Source: Sphaerodactylus townsendi
Lineage: Eukaryota
Direction: 5' to 3'
Length of the DNA stretch: 64,000 nucleotides
NCBI RefSeq assembly: GCF_021028975.2
Contig: NC_059436.1
Coordinates: 58,900,001 to 58,964,000 of the forward strand
Positions within the stretch are counted from its first letter, which is position 1. Every line of letters starts with the position of its first letter. The notes beneath the pieces are model-generated. The model did not search any database. It was not told where the DNA came from and worked only from the letters and a program-made list of their open reading frames with translations. Shown here piece after piece: positions 51,201 through 60,600 of this stretch. The translations under genes and the position numbers were made by a program.

Positions 51201-52592
51201 GGAAGATTAGATCAGTTCAATTTTTAGACTTGGCCGGAAGTCCAGTTTTTTAGCCGGACTTGGCCAGAAGTCCAGTTTTTTTAGACTTGGCCGGAAGTCC
51301 AGTTTTTTAGCCAGTCCTTATTGGCTTCTGTGACGAATGCACTTAGCCTGCATTCAGGTTACAGGGTGGTCCCGCCCCTTAAAGAGCTAAGCCCTGGCCA
51401 GCCCTGATTGGCCAGAGAAAAAACACAGAGACTATATAAACTGTCAGCGAGAGTGCTGAAGGGTTCTTCTTTTTGAGTCTTTTGACTTTTTGGGCTCTGA
51501 CTGAGCTTGTGTGCCCTCGGGTACTTTTTGGTGACAGAGTGAGGAGAATCAGACCAGATCTCTCACTGCTGTGGTAGGAATAGCTGAGGAGGCTATTCAG
51601 TGATCAAATACCCTGAGTTTGGAGGCGTGTGTCCGCCCTCAGGTGTTTTGTATTTTGTTTTGAGGTAAACCTCTTAACAGTCTATAAGTCTGTCCTCACA
51701 GTGAACCTCAGTCTTGGGAGGCCCAGTCCCTGTGGCAGAGAAGCCAGTTTTTGGGAGTGTGGGAGAGGGAGGCTGTATGCCTGAATCCCACAGGGCGTAG
51801 ACTGAGTGTTTTATTTTTGTGTGTAGGTACAGCGGACTGAGTTTTATTTTTAAGAGGGAGTGTGAAACCTCCACCGAAACATCTTTGTGAAAAGTGAACA
51901 TCTGGAGTGAAGTGACACCTGCGAGTGTCCGTTTAGTAACTGAAGTAAAGTGCCTGAAACCGTTACGTTTAAAAACCATATTTCTCTGCAACCGCTAAGC
52001 TTTAAAAACAAACTTATTCAGCAACCGTTAAGCTTAAGCAAACTTTCTCTGCAACCACTACGCTATTTCCTCTCCAGTATACCCGAGAAGCCTTTGTAAA
52101 GCCAGCAATAAACGTTTAAGTTTTGTGTTCATCTTATACCCTCTCCAGTTTATTATTTCTGTCTGCGTCTGTGTGTTCCCCAGTCAGCGTGGTGTCCGTT
52201 TAAAACCAGTTTTTTTTGTGGGCTTTAATTTATATTTTTGGTGGCAGCAAAAAGTATATTTTTGGTGGCAGCGCTAAAGCAATATATATAAGCCCCTTCT
52301 ACCACAGCTTCCTTTTTGCAATACCTAAATTTTATACCTAAATTTTTATCACTGTTCCAATCTTTGTACTTTTATCCATTGTATCGCAATTTTAGGTGTA
52401 ATGGGATTTTAAACATAACTCACAGGAAAATGTTTTATATAAATTATTTAATTCCCGCGAACATCCCCTCAGTAAGCAATATTGACTATATATTTTGTAC
52501 TATGTACTATCTTTGATTCGTGATTCATTATTGCTGAATTGTGTATTTCTGTTATTGCTGTTCTGGTTGATGACCGTAAATAAAATCATTTG
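48284..52592 (+). mobile_element. RTE-X-like LINE (partial APE through 3'UTR) inside the Gmr1-like element
   Basis: 13-bp TSD GACTGCCCCACAA (48271-48283, 52593-52605); NYRPISLL, FIDLKAAFDSV, GVRQGCLLAP, LYADD. Confidence 0.93.
51329..52306 (+). mobile_element. Solo LTR, 978 bp
   Basis: TGTG...CACA ends; 5-bp TSD GCTTC; ATTGG box, TATATAAA near 51433, AATAAA near 52107. Confidence 0.85.
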
Positions 52593-53889
52593 GACTGCCC
52601 CACAAAACTGCGATGGCAGGAGGTGCACGAAGCCGCCTTCCAGGATCTACGTCAGGCCTTGGCGTTGGAGCCGGTCCTTCACAATCCCGACCCCACCCAA
52701 CCCTTTATCATTCAAACTGACGCATCCGAGTCCGGTTTGGGGGCCATCCTGTTGCAATGACTCTCTCTAATCCTCTTTAGGTTCACGATCATCCACTGAC
52801 CTGGTCGTCACCATGTCAATGCGGAAAACTTCTCTCGGCTTTGGGATGACGAATCGGGCCCCGACGCTTCACTCAGGGGGGGTGTCTGGGCGCGAGCCCC
52901 AACTTGGGGCTCGGACTTGTTTCGAAGCCGCACAAGGTCATGGCCGCTCCCGCTCCCGAAGAGGGGACGGACCGCAGCCTTGTCAATCCGTTGCCTCCAT
53001 GCCCCGGCGGGACGCCGCTACCCCAACACGGCGACTCACTGACACAAGAACTGGACGGCATGTTGATATATCGACCCGTCGATCCTTTGACCTGGGAATC
53101 AGCTGGTCTGCCAGCGCAAATGCACCATGTCGAGGGAGTGCAGGGGTGGGGCTCTGAGCCCGACCGGGCTCGCCCAGCCTCAGCTAAGCATGATCAGAAG
53201 GGACGGCAGTTGGGACAGGGCAGAGAGATGAGAGGGGAAAGGGGATATAAGGGGGTGGGAAAGGAAGCTCTGGGGCGTTGGCTGAGGGAAGAGGGTGGAA
53301 GGGAGAGCCGTGAGGAGGCAGGGAAAGAAGTCTGTTCAGCCCAGGAGGGCAGGGAGAGGCAGGGTCCTGGGGACCAGCTGTGTAGGGAACAAACTGGGGG
53401 ACCAGTGTTGAGCCCCATCCCGGTGAGGGTACAACAGGGAAGGGAGAGTGGTGGGAAGCCCGGTAGGCAGACCAACCCTTGCTCAGTGAAGTAACAGAGC
53501 GAGGGGAAGGGTGCAGGAGGGGTGTCAGGGTGTGCCTGAAGCTGAGGCGCCCTGTGGGCGAGACTATTTTAAAAATCGACTGGGCAGGACAGCCCCCAGG
53601 TAAAGGGAGGTGGGACGGCACACTCGCCCCAGGGGGATGGGCGGTCAGGGGAGGCGCCACAAATGACTTCATGAAATGACACTAGAATCTCCTCTTCCTA
53701 TCACCTGACCATGTGTCATATGTACAGTTCCTTGCTGCCAGGGTGCTAACTGGGTCCCAGTTTGGCAAGGCTGAAGACCACAGCCATATGGCATAGAGTT
53801 TGATGTTTACTGCATGACTTAAATTTCCTTACTGTTTGAAAAGCAGGTTGGTGTAGTAACCAAGAGTGCCATCCATCCACTGCATTGCA

Positions 53890-54420
53890 ATTTCAGTTGT
53901 CTCCTTTTAAAAACTCACCCAATCTGGCCACACCAATCCATGCATTTGTAACCTTGTGGGCAGATTTCTACCATGAGCAATCTGGAAACTGCAACTGGTT
54001 CTGAATGTGGTGTTGCCAGGTGCTAACTGAAGAGAACTTTTCTTGTCTGTGTTAAAAGTTACCTTGGCTGCCAGTTTGTTTTCAAGTCCAATTCAAGTAC
54101 TGGCTATGACCCTTCACAACCTAAGACCCACAAAGCGGAAGTATCTTTCTATATATTCTCATGTGCCAACTCTACTCCTCAGGCTGCTACCTGCTCGCTT
54201 CAGGTGACCTGGTTGGCTTGTACTTTCCCCATCACTCCTTCCATTCTATGGAATGGACTCCCCAGAGAAATTGAGTTTTTAGGAGGGGCTGCAAGGCTGC
54301 TATATGGGTCAAGGCTTTTCAGAGGCAGGCGTCTGCGCATGGGAGGTAGGGTATTTTGAGTGTTACAGTATTTTGGACCTTTTAAATTTGGATTTGTAAA
54401 GTTGCCCTGGACTACGAAGA
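53890..54420 (+). mobile_element. Ancient L2 LINE 3' fragment
   Basis: Decayed LAT.IHAFVT...WKLQLV.N motif and CTATGGAATGGACTCCC. Confidence 0.55.
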
Positions 54421-54608
54421 GAAGGAAAGTTAATTTTTTTCATAAATGAAGCTTCTAGAAGCTGAGAATGTGCAAACCAAAGTATATCATAGGCTAGTTG
54501 CTCAATTTACAATAAAATATACGCCATTGAATTTCCAATACAGTTTTTCATTTGACAGACCAAAGCAGTCAGCAAACACAAGCTAGAAACAATTCAATGT
54601 TTCTTAAG

Positions 54609-54614
54609 TTTATT
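54609..54614 (-). terminator. Candidate QSOX2 polyadenylation signal
   Basis: Minus-strand AATAAA about 180 nt downstream of the stop codon. Confidence 0.45.
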
Positions 54615-54794
54615 ATAAGGATGTGTTTGGGATGCAAGAGTGGCACGCTGGAACAAATGCACACCCATTGCACGAAAGCAACGCACCTTTTCAAAAATAC
54701 TGTACAATACCAAGTCCATGGCCATAAATATTAAAGCTTCATCTGGGAGCAGCCAACCACTTCAGAACAAGAGTCTGGGCTTCCCATTGCAGCT

Positions 54795-55336
54795 CTATAC
54801 GTAGGGAGGGTAACGTTTCACTTTCCAGTGCTTGGACCTCATCCGGAAAAAGAAGAACATGATAATTAAAAACAAGGAGGATGTGACATAAAGGACAACA
54901 CACAGACTCATGTCAAAGTTGGAGAACCCAATCCCCAAGAACGATGCAGCCTTCTTCATTTCCTGCTCAGCGACTGACTCCACCATGGCTTGACTGCCTC
55001 CGGCTTTAGGGATGTCTTGCACTGTCAATCTATCCAGGACTCTCAACTTTGCTTCTAACTGTTTCTCTCGATCGGGGATCTTGCCATCATGGCTGATGCT
55101 TTCTTGCTTCGCTAAAACACTCTTCCTGTCTTCCCAGAGTTCCTTCTCATCATGGTCACCATGAGCCTCTGTGTATGTGTACAAGATGTTGTCACTGTCA
55201 TAGTGATGCTTCAGGAATTGCAGCACATGGACTTTGTTCCAGGTATGCAAGCCTTCCACTTCTTCATGGCAGGCGGGACAGACACTTGGGGCTGGCCACT
55301 GCACCTTTGGCTCCTTCGGATCTTCACTCAAATCTC
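54795..55336 (-). CDS. QSOX2: Sulfhydryl oxidase 2, terminal coding exon (phase-1 start, TM anchor, stop)
   Basis: GDLSEDPKEPKVQWP...CPACHEE...FLKHHY and FLGIGFSNFDMSLCVVLYVTSSLFLIIMFFFFRMRSKHWKVK match the QSOX2 C-terminus; pyrimidine tract and AG at 55338-55337. Confidence 0.95.
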
Positions 55337-55453
55337 CTACCAGCAGGGGAAAAGCAAATAGAAAAACTTCAGTGTACACATTTGGTTTAAAAGCACCACT
55401 GGAATATATCAATTCTAAACAAAAGATCTAAAAGGCAAGCTTGCTTGACATAG

Positions 55454-56325
55454 AGGTGCTGTGTGGTTTCCGGGGTGTATGGCCATGTTCTAGCAGCATT
55501 CTCTTCTGACTTTTCGCCTGCATCTGTGGCTGGCATTTTCAGAGGATCTGACAGTAGGAAAGGAAAGCAAGTAGAGTATATATACCTGTGAGTAACAATT
55601 AAGATAGCAAGGTTAGTAGGTGAGGGCATCTGAATAGAAGTAGCCTGGCAACTGAGTAATAATGAAGTATGTAGCATGTGAGTAACAATGAAGATAGCAA
55701 GGCCAATAGATGAGGGCATATGAATAGAAGTAGCCTGGCCTTTGTTCCCTTTGATTGTATATTGTCTATAGTCATTCTGTGTTTGCGTGGAACTGATTAG
55801 TCACTGTCTTGACTCTAGTGTTTTTCAACACTGGTGAAGCCATTGAAATCCACAAGTACATGGACAATTTCAACAGAAAGAAAGAAACCATGAAAATGAA
55901 CAGAACTTGGCTGCCAGTGTTGAAAAACACTAGAGTCAAGACAGTGACTAATCAGCTTCACGCAAACACAGAATGACTATAGACAATATACAATCAAAGG
56001 GAACAAAGGCCAGGCTACTTCTATTCATATGCCCTCACTTATTGGCCTTGCTATCTTCATTGTTACTCAAATGCTACATACATCATTATTAGTTGCCAGG
56101 CTACTTCTATTCAGATGCCCTCACCTAGTAACCTTGCTATCTTAATTGTTACTCACAGGTATATATACTCCACTTGCTTTCTTTTCCTACTATCAGATCC
56201 TCTGAAGATGCCAGCCACAGATGCAGGCAAAATGTCAGGAGAGAATGCTGCTAGAACACGGCCATACACCCCAGAAACCACACAGCACCTCAGTGATTCC
56301 GGCCATGAAAGCCTTCAATAATACG
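55454..56325 (+). mobile_element. Penelope-like element 3' end with inverted duplication
   Basis: EAIEIHK..NFNRK (GIY-YIG C-terminus); arms 55454-55834 and 55915-56290 inverted; 13-bp TSD TTGCTTGACATAG. Confidence 0.88.
56198..56240 (+). ncRNA. Degenerate minimal hammerhead ribozyme (inverted twin at 55505-55546, minus strand)
   Basis: TCCT-CTGAAGA-TGCC...GGC-AAAATGTC-AGGA; GAAA core mutated. Confidence 0.6.
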
Positions 56326-56571
56326 TTGCTTGACATAGTTTCTCAGTAACCCAAATGCCATTAAGTTCAAAATTTATGGCAGTGGAAAGTTGCCCCCGCA
56401 GTCCGAAATAATCACATTTCATTTCAAAAGAGGAAACGCTTAAAGAATAAGAGAACTAATCAGAATGAGGTTAAAAGAAAGAATTAAAAGGATTAAAACC
56501 CTCCAGGATGCCTAGAAACTATGTAACACCATACTAATCAAAGGCCCAGGAAGAATGCCTACCTCAAGACA

Positions 56572-56727
56572 GAAGAGCAAGATTCAAATCTAGTAGCAGT
56601 TTAAACTCAACAAAATGGCCAAGGCACCAGCCTTCAAGAGTCAAGGCTTGCTTTTGATGTTTGAAAGTCCTACCCTGAAGATCTTGGTCGTCGTTAAGGT
56701 GCTACTGCACTCGAGCCTTGCTCTTCT
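56572..56727. mobile_element. Old palindromic Penelope-type remnant
   Basis: GAAGAGCAAG...AGTAGCA / TGCTACT...CTTGCTCTTC inverted arms. Confidence 0.55.
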
Positions 56728-56829
56728 AACTTCTGGCCAACAGGGCTACCGACATGAAACATATCTCAGATTAGGAAAGGTACTAACGAGGCTGCCAGAG
56801 TGCTTAACAAGGCAACTCAAGGATTAGAA

Positions 56830-57372
56830 GGATTGCACAAGGTAGATGGGGAGATAGTAGGCAAATTGAATGAACTCTTTGCATCTCCTTTCACTGTGAA
56901 AACTTTTTGGGAAGGTCATCTGAAGAACTGAGTCAAACTGTGTGATGAGAGATAGAAGTTCCAGGGCTACTAGGCAGACTGAAAATTCATAAACGTCCCA
57001 GCCCAACTGGCACACACCCAAGAATTCTTAAGGAAATCAAATATGCAATTATTGATCTTCTAACTAGGACATATATCTTGCTGCTACAACCAGTCTCCCT
57101 ACTGGAAAACTGGAAAGTAGCAAGTGTTACTGTGACATTTTTTAAAAGGAGTTCGTTGAGGTGGGGGAGATACAGGAGATTAGGGCCAGGTAGCCTAACA
57201 TCTGTTCCAGATAAATTAGTAGAAATTAGTAGAAAGTAGTGAATAAAGGCAGAATTATTGAGCACACAAAGGAACTAAGCCTGATAAGGGAGAATAAATG
57301 GGACTTCTCCAGTAAGAATTCCTGCCTCACAAAACATTTGGAGTTTTTTGACAAGCTAAACAAGCACATGGA
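56830..57372 (+). mobile_element. Old CR1 RT fragment, continuing at about 63790-64000
   Basis: HPRILKEI, ENWKVASV, RPGSLTSVPDKL, SCLTKHLEFFD; resumes as VDI...LDFQKSFNKV. Confidence 0.75.
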
Positions 57373-57374
57373 TT

Positions 57375-57672
57375 GAAGAAAAAGAGTTGGATTTATATCC
57401 CCCCTTTCTCTCCTGTAAGGAAACTCAAAGGGGCTTACAAACTCCTTTCCCTTTACCCCTCACAACAAACACCTTGTGAGGTAGGTGGGGCTGAGAGAGC
57501 TCAGAAGAACTGTGACTAGCCCAAGGTCACCCAGCTGACATATGTTGGAGTGCACAGGCTAATCTGAATTCCCCAGATAAGCCTTCACAACTCAAATGGC
57601 AGAGCAGGGAATCAAACCCGGTTCCTCCAGATTAGAGTACACCTGCTCTTAACCACTATACCACTGCTGCTC
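57375..57672 (-). mobile_element. tRNA-derived SINE (Squam3-like)
   Basis: A box TAGTGGTTAAG, B box GGTTTGATTCC; CTT-rich tail. Confidence 0.85.
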
Positions 57673-57693
57673 CTTGGTTATTTGGTAGATATT

Positions 57694-60600
57694 TGTCAGA
57701 TCCTCAATGATTGAAACACCACCTTGTTGAGAACAGAGGTTTATTCATACATCCAGAGGACAGCTTGGAAAAGCCAGAATTGACTTTTCCGTGTGCAAAC
57801 AGCAGTAATATGATATGAGGAACCTCCCCCCCATGAGAATAGACAATGAAGTATGTAGGCAGTTTGATAAGAGCAAAAGTCAGTTGGAGATGACCTTGGC
57901 CAGCACCTGGTGGTGAGAGCAGCTAGAAACAATACACAGAGTAACATTCCCATCCCCCCAAAGCCCAAAGTACTAAGCAGCCCCAGCACCCACTAGGCAT
58001 CCTGACATTCCACTCCCTCTGGGGCCCCCCTCCCAGTTTGCTTGGACAGAAACAATGAAAGTCTTGAATGAGCCGTGGAGCCTTGATGTTTTCAACATTG
58101 ACCCATTCATCATGTCCAGGTAGCCAGCTTTTCCAGGACACCAAATATTGCAAGCGGTTACGATAGATGTAAGAGTTGTGAATAGCTGAGATCTCATGAT
58201 GCTCCTCCCCATCAATCAGAACAGGAAGAGTTGTAACAGATTCTGGATGCCATTGGTCCAGTGAGGGTGCCTTCTTCAGCAAGCTGCAATGAAACACAGG
58301 GTGGATTTTATGCAAAGCCTTAGGCAAATCTAGTTCAGCAGTAACTCCATTGATTATTTTAAGAACTTTATAAGGTCCAATGTATCTAAGCTGCAGTTTG
58401 GTTGGCTTGTGGATATCACAGATGTTCTTTGTAGACAGGTACACCGTATCTCCAATCACCAGGGGAGCTCACGCCTATGTTTGTCAGCCTGCCGTTTGTA
58501 AGCAATTTGAATTTTTTGTAAAGCTTTTTGGATGGACGGCCAACTGTCTGCCAAAGCCCGAATACATTCTTTGAGCTCAGGAGGGAAGGCCGCTCCATGG
58601 GACAAGAAAGGAAGATGTTTCACGGAACGTCCAGACACCACTTCAAAAGGGGTCTTACCAGTGCTACTGTGAACTGCATAATTATAGGCATATTCAGCAA
58701 ATGGCAGTAACTCCACCGAATTATTCTGTTGGTAATTAACACAGCAACGCAAAAATTGTGCCAATGTCTGATTAGATTGTTCAGATTCGCCATCTGATTG
58801 AGGATGATATGGAGAGGAGAGGGCCTGGTCAATATTCAATAGTTGCAAAAAGGTCCTCCAGAACTTGGAAATGAATTGGCTCCCCTTGTCGGAGACGATC
58901 CTATCAGGGGCGGAATGCAGACGGTAAATATGCTGAACGAACAACTTAGCCAGTTTCTGAGCATTTGGGATGGAATCACAGGGAATGAAATGTGCCTGCT
59001 TGGCGAATAAGTCCACTACCACCCAAATAACCATTTTGCCATTACTAAGAGGCAGATCAGTAATAAAGTCCATTGCAATCACTTTCCAAGGACCATCGGG
59101 AGACTCTAACGGTTGCAGCAAACCCGGGGTTTTACCTGGGACTCCTTTTGCCATAGTGCAAACAGGACAGCCTTTGATATAGAGGTCAATGTCTCAGCAC
59201 ATAGACCACCACCAAACTGCTGGCAAAGAGATGCAGCGTTTTCACAAAACCAAAATGACCCGCTGATTTAGAGTCATAACTCATACAGATGATCTCTGCT
59301 CGTAAAGAAGGCAGGACATATAGCAAATCACCCTTACACCATAGTCCATCCCGTAAAAGCAAAGAACTGTCTCCTTCCTCATCCGGGACAACAGAATGGC
59401 CAGCCTCCAAAAACGTAGACAGAAGGGAAGAGGGAGGTTGCAGAGCAGTCAGTACCTGGGGCTTGGTTTGGGAACGAGTCACAGCCCTGCCCAGGTGGGC
59501 AGGTGAAAGGGTCATCCGAGGAACTGGTACAGTGACATCAGAGTCCACCCCCTCAGGCAAGCGGGAAAGAGCATCAGCCAATTTATTGGATTAGCTCAGG
59601 AAAAATGCACCGTAAAGCAGAAGCGATTGAAAAAATCTGCCCAATGGATTTGCTTGGCTGAGAGCCAACCCGGAGTGCAATGGGAGGCGAGATTCTTATG
59701 ATCGGTCCAGACCTGAAAAGGATGCTCCGCCCCTCCAAAAAATGGCGCCAGACCGAAAGAGCGGTTTTGATAGCACAAGTTTCTTTATCGCCAACAGTCC
59801 AATTTAATTCCGGGCCAGTAAACTTTTTGGACAACTAAGCACAAGGGTAGTGGCGGCCGTCAGAGCCTTGCTGCAGTAGGGCAGCTCCAAGAGCCTGGTT
59901 CAAAGCATCAACATGCACCACAAATGGCTGGGAGGGATCAGGGTGCCGTAGGATGCGTTTGGTTGTAAAAGCAGCTTTGAGAGCATCAATAGCCTGCTGG
60001 CATGTGGGAGACCAAGTCAAAGGCGTGTTGGGATGGGCAGCAGCCGAACCTTTACCCTTGCTCCACAATAGATCGGTGATTGGCAGAGCCAGTTCAGCAA
60101 AATTGGGAATAAAGTCATGATAAAAATTAGCAAAGCCCAAAAAGGATTGGAGCTGTTTCCAGGTACAGGGAGAGGGCCAGTTCACCACACCAGTCACCTT
60201 AGCGGGGTCCATTTCCAAACCCTCAACAGAGACCCAATAGCCCAGAAAATCCAGATGTGTCTGGTGAAGGTGATCATGTGGATCGGTGGTCTCAGGAGGT
60301 AATTCAGTCAGGTTACTTGATCAAGTTTGCTCACCTACCCCCACAACGCTTCCGGGCATTCCCCATCAACGCCAACCTGAACAAAGCACAAAGAACTCAA
60401 TGAGCTATTCTGCATCTACTCAGCATAAGGGCGATAGAGCCAGTGCCAGAATCGGAGAGATCCTTGGGGGTCTTCTCTCACTTTTTTACGGTACCAAAGC
60501 GCAGCGGGGATTGGAGGGCAATACTCAACCTGAAGTTCATCAATCGCCATCTAAAACTTCATCGTTTCAGGATGGAAACACTTTGCTTCATCATAGAGAA

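Larger units (their letters stand above)
47540..53661 (+). mobile_element. Gmr1-like Gypsy 3' part: RT, RNase H remnant, PPT, 3' LTR 52883-53661
   Basis: VRFCVDYR, LDLTKGYWQ, YIDD, FIIQTDAS; RNase H end about 40 bp from PPT AGGGGGGG and a TG...CA LTR with TATAA near 53246. Confidence 0.8.

Noticed and set aside
51221-51312. CRISPR-like array
   Set aside because: Eukaryotic context, no unique spacers, no cas genes
52813-53679. ORFs up to 196 aa
   Set aside because: They lie within a purine-rich LTR and have no protein motifs
55337-55412. N-terminal part of ORF 54795-55412
   Set aside because: Intron and polypyrimidine tract upstream of the AG acceptor
57600-57672. tRNA gene
   Set aside because: It is the head of a SINE; no complete cloverleaf
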